Shown here piece after piece: positions 17,172-24,272 of a DNA stretch of 32,786 nucleotides. A model generated the notes under the pieces. The model was not told the DNA's origin. It saw nothing but the letters and a program-made list of their open reading frames with translations, and searched no databases. How positions within the stretch are numbered: position 1 is the stretch's first letter; every line of letters starts with the position of its first letter. Position numbers and translations under genes: made by a program. The DNA is taken from contig JBKPFI010000301.1 of assembly GCA_046728775.1 (NCBI GenBank), positions 1 through 32,786 on the forward strand, written 5' to 3'. This stretch comes from Actinomycetota bacterium (GTDB lineage: Bacteria; Actinomycetota; Thermoleophilia; Gaiellales; Gaiellaceae).

Positions 17172-17464
17172 GGATTCGCTCTGCCTTCAGGCGGAACCGA
17201 AGCGAGCCCGCAGTGGAGCCCGAGGGCTCTTCGGAGCCGCGGCCGGGACCGCGCAGGCCGGTCGAGCCGAGGCCGCGCGCGTGGAACCTGTGGGAGCTCG
17301 AACGGCTCGCCGAGGAGCTGAACGGCGGTCCGCAGGCCGAGGAGCGGGCGCTGCTGCTGCTGCACCTGCGCGAGTTCGCGGATCCGTCTGGCGGCCTGCC
17401 GCCTGAGTTCGACCGGCTCGTGCGCGAGGCCTTCGGCGATGCGCTCACGGAGCCGGTCCCGTGA
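17168..17464 (+). CDS. Hypothetical 98-aa protein
   Basis: The GTG start overlaps the upstream stop (GTGA), and its own stop overlaps the next GTG (GTGA). Third positions are G/C-rich. No family is recognised. Confidence 0.5.
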   Translation: MRIRSAFRRNRSEPAVEPEGSSEPRPGPRRPVEPRPRAWNLWELERLAEELNGGPQAEERALLLLHLREFADPSGGLPPEFDRLVREAFGDALTEPVP

Positions 17465-17880
17465 GGGCAGCGTCGGCACAGCGCCAGGTCGCGCTGGCCG
17501 GGATAGCGCTGCTGGCGGCGATCGGCGCACTGGCCCTCAGCTCCCGCGGGAGCGGCCAGTCGACGAGCACCGTCCCGCAGCCCGTGCCGCTTGCCGGCGG
17601 CGGCTGGTACTCGGCGCCCGCCGGCCCCGAGCTCCCGCGCTACGGGGAGCGCACTCGCTGTGGCTACGTTCTTCGGCCCGGCACCGTCGGGATCATCGAC
17701 TCGGTCCTGCCGTGCGGGATCCTCGTCTACGTCGCCTACAAGGACAGCCCGAAGATCCTCACGCGTGTGATCGATCGGCGGCCGGTACGCGCGGGCCGGA
17801 AGTTCGATCTCACGCCGAAGCTCGCGGAGGAGCTCGGCGTCGACGGCGTGCAGCGCATCCGCTGGGTCTTCGCACGCTGA
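17461..17880 (+). CDS. Secreted RlpA-like double-psi beta-barrel (DPBB) domain protein
   Basis: 139 aa with an N-terminal signal-like segment (VALAGIALLAAIGALALSS). The sequence WYSAP...RCGYVL...CGILVYVAYKDSPKILTRVIDRRPVRAGRKFDLTPKLAEELG resembles the RlpA/expansin-like DPBB pattern (...V.V.N...v.v.V.DRGP...R..DLS...A..LG). Confidence 0.68.
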   Translation: MRAASAQRQVALAGIALLAAIGALALSSRGSGQSTSTVPQPVPLAGGGWYSAPAGPELPRYGERTRCGYVLRPGTVGIIDSVLPCGILVYVAYKDSPKILTRVIDRRPVRAGRKFDLTPKLAEELGVDGVQRIRWVFAR

Positions 17881-17900
17881 TCCTCGGACGCTAGAGTGAG

Positions 17901-17936
17901 AGGCCTCGAGCCTGTGCGTGCTCGGGGCTTATCTGT
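17901..17936 (+). terminator. Candidate terminator hairpin after the RlpA-like gene
   Basis: AGGCCTCGAG (17901-17910) pairs with CTCGGGGCTT (17921-17930), including G-U pairs, around a 10-nt loop. It is followed by ATCTGT. Confidence 0.35.
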
Positions 17937-17950
17937 AGAACCAACACCAA

Positions 17951-18110
17951 GTGAGAGGGAGCTGTTGTTCGGCGAAGGCGCTTCGGCGCCAGAGCAGACG
18001 CGGCACCCACCTGGCTAGTCCAGGTTCACAACGAGCTCCGAGCATCGGCAGGCTGGACGAGAACGGGGGGACCGCACGGTTCCCCCGTTCGCCGCTCAGC
18101 CTCCCTCGCA
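17951..18110 (+). ncRNA. Candidate structured RNA (independent sRNA or 5'-UTR element of the downstream oxidoreductase gene); class unassigned, strand uncertain
   Basis: The segment is non-coding and less GC-rich. A closing helix pairs GAGGGAG-CTG (17955-17964) with CAG-C-CTCCCTC (18097-18107). It encloses three hairpins: GGCGC-TTCG-GCGCC (17977-17990), CCTGG-CTAGT-CCAGG (18010-18024) and a 13-bp hairpin at 18061-18090 with a GCAC loop. Confidence 0.3.
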
Positions 18111-18184
18111 TGGCCTGTTGATGACTTGGTTCGAACTCGTTGCGGCGATGCTGCAATGCAAGATCTGACCCTGATTGTGGAGCT

Positions 18185-18580
18185 GTGCCGATACCGAGGG
18201 GAGTAGCTCGCTTCAACCGCCGCGTGACGAACCGGATCACCCGGCACGTGGCGGGCTGGGTGCCGGGATTCGCAATCGTGGTTCACGTCGGCCGCCGGTC
18301 GGGCCGGACCTACAGAACCCCGGTGAACGTGTTTCGCGACGGCGACCGCTACGTCTTCGCGCTCACCTACGGTGCCGAGAGCGACTGGGTGCGCAACGTG
18401 CTCGCGGCCGGCGGCTGCCGGATCGAGACGCGTCGCAGGACGGTCGAGCTGCGCGACCCCCAGCGGTTCGACGACCCGAGTCGACGGCTCGTCCCGAAAC
18501 CTGCGCGGTGGATCCTGGGACTTCTTGACCTCGACCAGTTCCTCGGCCTCACTCAGGCGGACGCCGCGGACGCTAGATAG
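18185..18580 (+). CDS. Deazaflavin (F420)-dependent nitroreductase/quinone-reductase family protein (DDN-like)
   Basis: FNRRVTNRITRHVAGWVPGFAIVVHVGRRSGRTYRTPVNVFRDGDRYVFALTYGAESDWVRNVLAAG matches the F420H2-dependent quinone reductase pattern (GRkSGr..tPv ... dW.rNl.A.G). The start is uncertain: GTG 18185 is preferred, and the ORF-track TTG 18140 adds 15 poorly coding-like codons. Confidence 0.72.
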   Translation: MPIPRGVARFNRRVTNRITRHVAGWVPGFAIVVHVGRRSGRTYRTPVNVFRDGDRYVFALTYGAESDWVRNVLAAGGCRIETRRRTVELRDPQRFDDPSRRLVPKPARWILGLLDLDQFLGLTQADAADAR

Positions 18581-18675
18581 AGGCGCGTCAGCGGAGCTCG
18601 CCCCGGGCGGCGCGAGCGGTTGACCACGCGGCGATGCTCGCAACGGGTCGAGCCTCGGTCAACACGCGGCACCGC

Positions 18676-18681
18676 TAGCCT
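18676..18681 (+). promoter_or_regulatory. -10-like hexamer positioned for a leaderless mnmA transcript
   Basis: TAGCCT (18676-18681), then 7 nt, then ATG 18689. Confidence 0.35.
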
Positions 18682-18688
18682 GGGTCGC

Positions 18689-19987
18689 ATGGTCGAAGTC
18701 GTCGGCGACGCTTCGCGCGACGGGCAGTGGGCGCTCGTTCGGCTGTCCGTCGAGGGCGAGCGGATCGTCGCGGCGGAAGCGGAGGGGCTCGAGCGTCCGC
18801 TCGATGGCTTGACCCTCCTGGAGGCCGCAACGGTCGGCGGCGACGAGCTCGTGGTCGACGCGCTGGCGAACGCGCTCGGGCCGATCTTCCGCGCCGAGCC
18901 GAGGCCGGGACGCGTCGCCGTCGCGATGAGCGGCGGGGTGGACAGCGCCGTCGCGCTCCTGCGCGCGGGCCCTGAGGCCGTGGGCGTGACCCTGCGCCTC
19001 TGGCTCGACCCGCAGGGGCCGGACGCTGAGCGCGCGTGCTGCTCGCCGGAGGCCGTGCTCGCGGCCCGGGCCACGTGCCACCGTCTCGGGCTGCCGCACG
19101 TGACTCTCGACCTCCGCGAGGAGTTCCGCCGTGCCGTGGTCGAGCCGTTCGTGCGCGGCTACGCGGAGGGACAGACGCCGAACCCGTGCATCCGCTGCAA
19201 CGGCAGCTTCCGCTTCGCCGAGCTGCTCGCGTTCGCCGAGCAGGCCGGCGCGGGGCGGCTCGCCACCGGCCACTACGCGCGGATCGTCGAGCGCGGGGGC
19301 CACCTCCTGCTCGCGCGGGCCGCGGACGCGCAGAAGGACCAGTCGTACATGCTCGCGACGCTCGACCCGCGCTTCCTCGAGCGGCTGTGGTTCCCCCTGG
19401 GCGAGCAGTCGAAGGAGGAGACGCGCGCCGAGGCCGCGCGGGCAGGGCTCGCAGTCGCCTCGCGCGCCGAGAGTCAGGAGGCCTGCTTCCTCGCGGGCGG
19501 CGACTACCGTGACTTCCTCGAGCGGCACGGGCTCGTCTCGCAGGATGGGCCCCTCGTGGACGAGGACGGCAACGAGCTGGGGCGGCACGGCGGCTTCTGG
19601 CGGTTCACGGCCGGACAGCGGAAGGGCCTCGGCGTCGCAACCGGCCTCCCGCTGTACGCCCTCCGCAGCGATCCGGGCACGAACACCGTCGTGGTCGGGC
19701 CGCGCACGGCGCTCGCGACCCGCGAGGTCGCCGCGCGGGGCCGCCTGCACCTGCCGGTCGTCCGTGCCGATGCCAAGCTGCGCTACCGCTCGCCGGCCGT
19801 CCCCGCCGAAGTGACGCCGACCGAAAACGGCTTCCGGCTACGCCTCGACGAGCCGGCGCACGGTGTGGCGGCTGGCCAGGCCGCGGTGCTCTACGACGGC
19901 GACGCGGTGGTCGGAGCCGGAATGATCGTGCCGGATCCTTCCGAAACCTTCCGTCCCGTTCCAGCGTTTGAATCGCAGGGCGAGTGA
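18689..19987 (+). CDS. mnmA: tRNA 2-thiouridine(34) synthase MnmA with an extra N-terminal domain of about 70 aa
   Basis: The PP-loop AMSGGVDS, PNPCIRCN and DQSYML are present. ATG 18689 is preferred over TTG 18620. Codons 1-55 have coding-like G/C third positions. Confidence 0.87.
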   Translation: MVEVVGDASRDGQWALVRLSVEGERIVAAEAEGLERPLDGLTLLEAATVGGDELVVDALANALGPIFRAEPRPGRVAVAMSGGVDSAVALLRAGPEAVGVTLRLWLDPQGPDAERACCSPEAVLAARATCHRLGLPHVTLDLREEFRRAVVEPFVRGYAEGQTPNPCIRCNGSFRFAELLAFAEQAGAGRLATGHYARIVERGGHLLLARAADAQKDQSYMLATLDPRFLERLWFPLGEQSKEETRAEAARAGLAVASRAESQEACFLAGGDYRDFLERHGLVSQDGPLVDEDGNELGRHGGFWRFTAGQRKGLGVATGLPLYALRSDPGTNTVVVGPRTALATREVAARGRLHLPVVRADAKLRYRSPAVPAEVTPTENGFRLRLDEPAHGVAAGQAAVLYDGDAVVGAGMIVPDPSETFRPVPAFESQGE

Positions 19988-20364
19988 CTGGCGACGAGAT
20001 CACGCTGACCATCCCACGGGAGCCGCCGTTCCACGAGGTCGCGCACCTCGTGCTCGGGGGCGTCGCCGCGCGCCTGAACCTCACCTTCGAGAGCATCGAC
20101 GACCTCGAGACGGCGCTCGACGCGGTGCTCGAGCGCGCCGCGGCCGAGGGCGAGGTCACGGTGCAGCTGCAGCTCGTGGAAGGCGCCATCGTCGCGCGCG
20201 TGGGGCCCTTCGCGGCCGACCGGTTACGTGGGGAGCTCGAGCGGGACGCCGAGGGCCACGTCACGCTCAGGCGCGTGCTCGACACGGTCCTCGACGGATA
20301 CGAGCTCGACGGCGACGGGTGGATCGAGCTGCGGAAGCAGGTCGAGCAGGGGAGCGTCGCGTGA
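19984..20364 (+). CDS. RsbW/UsfX-like anti-sigma factor homologue with degenerate ATP-binding motifs
   Basis: 126 aa with GTGA overlaps at both ends. ITLTIPREPPFHEVAHLVLGGVAARLNLTFESIDDLETALDAV aligns by eye with B. subtilis RsbW [43 protein letters not shown]. It lies immediately upstream of a SigB/F-type sigma gene. Confidence 0.5.
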   Translation: MTGDEITLTIPREPPFHEVAHLVLGGVAARLNLTFESIDDLETALDAVLERAAAEGEVTVQLQLVEGAIVARVGPFAADRLRGELERDAEGHVTLRRVLDTVLDGYELDGDGWIELRKQVEQGSVA

Positions 20365-21140
20365 CGCAAGACAGCGACAAGGTCCTCCTCCGCCGCTACC
20401 ACCAGCAGGGCGACCTGGGGGCACGCGAGCAGCTGATCGAGCAGTACATGTCGCTCGTGCGCTCGCTCGCCCGGCGCTACTCCTACCGCGGCGAGCAGCT
20501 CGAGGACCTCGTCCAGATCGGCGCGATCGGCCTGATCAAGGCGATCGACCGCTTCGACGTCGAGCGCGGCGTGGAGCTCACGACCTACGCCACGCCGAAC
20601 ATCATCGGCGAGATCAAGCGCCACTTCCGCGACCGCGGGTGGTCGGTGCGCGTGCCCCGCGGGCTCCAGGAGCTGAACATCCAGCTCTCGCGCCTGATCG
20701 AGGAGCTGACAGTCCAGCTCGGCCGGTCGCCGACGATCGCCGAGCTGGCGAAGCGGGCCGAGGTGAGCGAGGAAGAGGTGCTCGAGGCGCTGGAGAGCGG
20801 CCGCGCCTACAGCTCGCTCTCGCTCTCCGTCGGCTCGAGCCACGACGACGAGGGCGAGCTCGACCCGCTCGAGTCGCTCGGCACCGAGGAGCACCAGTAC
20901 GAGGTCTCCGAGGACCGCGCCGTACTCGCGCCCGGATTTCGGGTGCTCGACGAGCGCGAGCGGAAGATTCTGCACCTGCGCTTCTTCGAGGGCCTGACGC
21001 AGTCACAGATCGCGCAGCAGGTCGGCATCTCCCAGATGCACGTCTCGCGGCTGATCCGGCGCTCGCTGGAGAAAATCCGCGAGGAGATCGCCGCCGACGA
21101 GCTCGCGGAAACGGAGCGCAGGGCGGCGAGCGGTCCCTAG
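20361..21140 (+). CDS. RNA polymerase sigma factor, SigB/SigF/SigG (group 3) family
   Basis: 259 aa from GTG 20361, in frame within over-extended ORF 19968..21140. Region 2 is DLVQIGAIGLIKAIDRFD, region 3 is YATPNIIGEIKRHFRDRGWSVRVPRGLQEL, and the region 4.2 HTH is TQSQIAQQVGISQMHVSRLIRRSL. Confidence 0.9.
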   Translation: MTQDSDKVLLRRYHQQGDLGAREQLIEQYMSLVRSLARRYSYRGEQLEDLVQIGAIGLIKAIDRFDVERGVELTTYATPNIIGEIKRHFRDRGWSVRVPRGLQELNIQLSRLIEELTVQLGRSPTIAELAKRAEVSEEEVLEALESGRAYSSLSLSVGSSHDDEGELDPLESLGTEEHQYEVSEDRAVLAPGFRVLDERERKILHLRFFEGLTQSQIAQQVGISQMHVSRLIRRSLEKIREEIAADELAETERRAASGP

Positions 21141-21724
21141 GAGGGCCTCAATGCGCGCAGAACTTCGTGTTGCAGGGTCCTCTGGAGGCTGATCCCGAAT
21201 CGCCGCTCGGCCACGTCGAGCGCGGCCAGGTACTCGTCGACGGCATCCTCGATCGTCGCGGGGACGGCCTCGACTCCCAGCGGCCCGAGCAGGAAGCCGT
21301 GCATCTTCTCGAGCTCCGTGCTCACTAGCTCGGCGCGACCGCGCGCGCGCTTCGCGGCAAGCCAAAGGATCCAGTCCCAGAAGTGAGCGTCGAGCGCAGC
21401 GAGCGTGTCCGCGCTCACCTGCCACGGCGGGCGCTCCTCCATCGGCTCGCCGGAGAAGATGAAGTCGATCTTCGTCGGCCCGCGCAGCATGAGCATGTAG
21501 GTGGGGTGCTGGCCGAGCGGGTCCCACTGCTGCGCCAGCGGCTCGAGCGGCGCCACTAGCTCGGGCAGCGCTCGTGCGAGTGTGTCGAGATCCGAGGTCT
21601 CGACCGCGAAGTCCCAGTCGGAGAGCGGTGTCGCCGTGCCGGCAGCGCGGGAGCCGACCAGCTCGACGCGGCGGACGGAAGGATGCTTCCGCAGCAACTC
21701 GGGGACGCGGGTGCCGAAATCCAC
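21137..21724 (-). CDS. Nucleotidyltransferase-domain protein (Pol-beta superfamily, ANT/adenylyltransferase-like with helical C-terminal domain)
   Basis: The NTase signature LVGSRAAGTATPLSDWDFAV (GSx9-13DxD) is present. GTG 21724 is preferred. ORF-track GTG 21754 would overlap the divergent alaS start by 11 nt. The stop overlaps the sigma gene stop (convergent, CCTAGG). Confidence 0.68.
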   Translation of the reverse strand: MDFGTRVPELLRKHPSVRRVELVGSRAAGTATPLSDWDFAVETSDLDTLARALPELVAPLEPLAQQWDPLGQHPTYMLMLRGPTKIDFIFSGEPMEERPPWQVSADTLAALDAHFWDWILWLAAKRARGRAELVSTELEKMHGFLLGPLGVEAVPATIEDAVDEYLAALDVAERRFGISLQRTLQHEVLRALRPS

Positions 21725-21730
21725 CGTCCG

Positions 21731-21736
21731 TAGAAT
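21731..21736 (+). promoter_or_regulatory. -10 hexamer positioned for a leaderless alaS transcript
   Basis: TAGAAT (21731-21736), then 7 nt, then GTG 21744. Confidence 0.4.
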
Positions 21737-21743
21737 CTCAGCC

Positions 21744-24272
21744 GTGCAGACCACGGCCGAGCTTCGCGCGGGCTACCGCGAGTTCTTCGAGTCCAAGGGC
21801 CATACGTTCAGGCCCTCGGCGTCGCTGATCCCGCGCGCCGACGACCGCTCGACGCTGCTGATCTCGGCCGGAATGCAGCCGCTGATGCCGTTCTTCCTCG
21901 GCCTCGAGGATCCGCCCGCGCCGCTGCTGACGACGGTGCAGAAGGTCTTCCGCACCCCGGACATCGACGAGGTCGGGCTCAACAGCCGCACCCTCACCTT
22001 CTTCGAGATGCTCGGCAACTTCTCGTTCGGGCAGTACTTCAAGGAGGGCGCGGTCGAGCTTGCCTGGGAGTTCATGTTCGACCGGATGAGGCTCGACCTC
22101 GACCGGATCTGGGTCAGCGTGTTCGCGGGCGACCCGGAGCTAGGGCTCGGCGAGGACGAGGTCGCAGTCGGGGCCTGGGAGAGGATGGGCATGCCGCCCG
22201 AGCAGATCGTGCGCCTGCCGCGCGCCGACAACTTCTGGTCGGTCGGCGGCCCCGGGCCGTGCGGGCCGGACTCGGAGATGTTCTACGACTGGGGCGAGGG
22301 CGTCGGCTGCGGCCGCGAGGAGTGCGCACCCGGCTGCGAGTGCGAGCGATTCCTGGAGTTCTGGAACCTCGTCTTCATGGAGTTCGAGCTGCACGCCGAC
22401 GGGTCGCTGACGCCGCTGCCGAAGCAGAACATCGACACCGGCCTCGGGCTCGAGCGCGGGGCGCGGATCCTGCAGCAGGTCGACTCCGTCTACGACACCG
22501 ACGGCTACCAGTCGCTGATGGGCTGGATCGCCGGGCAGTCGGGCGTCGCGTACGGCGAGAGCGAGCAGGCGACGAAGGCGCACCGGATCCTCGCCGACCA
22601 TGGGCGCGGGATGACCTTCCTCGCGGCCGACGGGGTGGCGCCCTCGAACGAGGGCCGCGGCTACGTGATGCGGCGCGTGATCAGGCGCGCGGTGCAGCAG
22701 GCCTCGCGGATCGGGCTCGAACCCCCCTTCCTCGCTGGCCTCTCCGGCGTCGTCGTCGACCAGATGCAGGAGGCATACCCGGAGCTCGGCGAGGCGCGGG
22801 GCGAGATCGCCGCCGTGCTCGAGGCCGAGGAAGAGCGCTTCTCGGAGACCCTGACGCGCGGGCTGACGCTGTTCGAGGAGGCGGCGACCGACGGCGAGAT
22901 CTCCGGCGAGGAGGCGTTCCGGCTCCACGACACATACGGCTTCCCGCTCGAGCTGACGCAGGAGCTCGCGCGGGAGCGCGGCCTGCCGGTCGACGAGGAC
23001 GGCTTCCGCGAGCTGATGGAGGAGCAGCGGACCCGGTCGCGGCGCGCCGTCGCTCCGGAGGTCGACGTGAAGCTCAGCGCGGACGTGCGCAGCGAGTTCG
23101 TCGGCTACGAGAAGACCGAGGCGCTCACGGCGATCCTCGCCTACGAGGACCTCGGCGAGGGCCGCTTCCAGGCGAAGCTCGAGCAGTCGCCCTTCTACCC
23201 GGAGGGCGGCGGCCAGGCCACCGACGCGGGGTTCATCGAGAACGAGGAGACCGGCGCGCGTGCGGAGCTCGTCGCGGCCGCCCGGCTCCCGGACGACGAC
23301 CAGGTGCTCACCTTCGAGGGCGAGGGCTTCGCCGCGGGCATGCGCGTGCGCGCCGTTGTGCCGTGGCAGGTGCGGTTCCCGACGATGGCCAACCACACCG
23401 CCACGCACCTCCTGCACAAGGCGTTGCAGGAGGTGCTCGGCGAGCACGCACGTCAGGCCGGCTCGGCGGTGCGGCCCGACAAGCTGCGCTTCGATTTCGC
23501 CCATCCGCAGGCGCTGACGGCCGAGGAACGCGAGGAGATCGAGCGGCGCGTGAACGAGGCGGTCTTCCAGAACCTTCCGGTGCGCGCGTACATCGCTCCG
23601 ATCGCGGAGGCGCGGCGGCTCGGCGCGATGATGCTCTTCGGCGAGAAGTACGGCGACGAGGTGCGCGTGGTCGACATCGCGGGCTACTCCCGCGAGCTCT
23701 GCGGCGGCACGCACGTGCGCGCGACCGCGGAGATCGGGCCGTTCGTGATCACCTCCGAGAGCTCGATCGGCTCGGGCACGCGGCGGATCGAGGCGGTGAC
23801 CTCGGGCGAGGCGTACGCGCTGCTACACGGGCGCGCTCGCGAGGCCGACGAGCTGCGGGCGGAGCTCGAACGGACGCGGAAGGAGGGCCCGCGGCACGAG
23901 GAGAAGGTCGAGGTGCGCGTCGAGCCGCGCAGCGACGAGGCGATCGGCGGCGTGAACGTCTTCGTGGGCCAGGCGGCTGGGGTGGACGCCGAGGTGCTGC
24001 TGGCCGAGTCGGACCGGATCAAGCAGGAGCGCGCGCCGGCCGCAGTGGTGCTCGGCGCGGCCGAGGACGGCCGCGTCCACCTGGTCGCGAACTTCGACCG
24101 GTCGCTGGAGGGTCGCCTCGACGCGGTCGCGGTCATCCGCGCCGCCGCAGCCGAGGTCGGCGGAGGCGGCGGCGGCCGCGCGACGATGGCGCGCGCCGGC
24201 GGTCGCAATCCGGAGAAGCTCGACGACGCCCTCGCGAAGGCGGAGGAAGCGCTGCGGCGCGCTCTCGCGTGA
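21744..24272 (+). CDS. alaS: Alanine--tRNA ligase
   Basis: 842 aa from GTG 21744. The N-terminus TAELRAGYREFFESKGHTFRPSASLIP is followed by FEMLGNFSFGQYFK, the editing-domain HTATHLLH ... CGGTHV and a C-terminal GGGGGGRATMARAGG. The upstream 81 codons of ORF 21501 are antisense to the NTase gene. Confidence 0.93.
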   Translation: MQTTAELRAGYREFFESKGHTFRPSASLIPRADDRSTLLISAGMQPLMPFFLGLEDPPAPLLTTVQKVFRTPDIDEVGLNSRTLTFFEMLGNFSFGQYFKEGAVELAWEFMFDRMRLDLDRIWVSVFAGDPELGLGEDEVAVGAWERMGMPPEQIVRLPRADNFWSVGGPGPCGPDSEMFYDWGEGVGCGREECAPGCECERFLEFWNLVFMEFELHADGSLTPLPKQNIDTGLGLERGARILQQVDSVYDTDGYQSLMGWIAGQSGVAYGESEQATKAHRILADHGRGMTFLAADGVAPSNEGRGYVMRRVIRRAVQQASRIGLEPPFLAGLSGVVVDQMQEAYPELGEARGEIAAVLEAEEERFSETLTRGLTLFEEAATDGEISGEEAFRLHDTYGFPLELTQELARERGLPVDEDGFRELMEEQRTRSRRAVAPEVDVKLSADVRSEFVGYEKTEALTAILAYEDLGEGRFQAKLEQSPFYPEGGGQATDAGFIENEETGARAELVAAARLPDDDQVLTFEGEGFAAGMRVRAVVPWQVRFPTMANHTATHLLHKALQEVLGEHARQAGSAVRPDKLRFDFAHPQALTAEEREEIERRVNEAVFQNLPVRAYIAPIAEARRLGAMMLFGEKYGDEVRVVDIAGYSRELCGGTHVRATAEIGPFVITSESSIGSGTRRIEAVTSGEAYALLHGRAREADELRAELERTRKEGPRHEEKVEVRVEPRSDEAIGGVNVFVGQAAGVDAEVLLAESDRIKQERAPAAVVLGAAEDGRVHLVANFDRSLEGRLDAVAVIRAAAAEVGGGGGGRATMARAGGRNPEKLDDALAKAEEALRRALA

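Noticed and set aside
17941-18139. Assignment of the structured spacer to a known RNA family: cobalamin, ykkC/guanidine, Moco, SRP RNA, RNase P RNA, tmRNA or 6S RNA.
   Set aside because: Only short fragment-level similarities are present. The diagnostic cores are absent on both strands: GAGGAAAGTCCGGGC for RNase P, GGAAGGAAGCAGCC-type for SRP, GCCACTG for B12, and tmRNA termini. This needs a covariance-model search that I cannot run.
18121-18168. A GGTTCGAA T-loop-like word (18128-18135), and a 15-codon uORF (MTWFELVAAMLQCKI) just upstream of the oxidoreductase gene.
   Set aside because: The flanks do not form a T-arm or any cloverleaf, so this is not a tRNA. The uORF has no Shine-Dalgarno and a non-coding-like codon composition.
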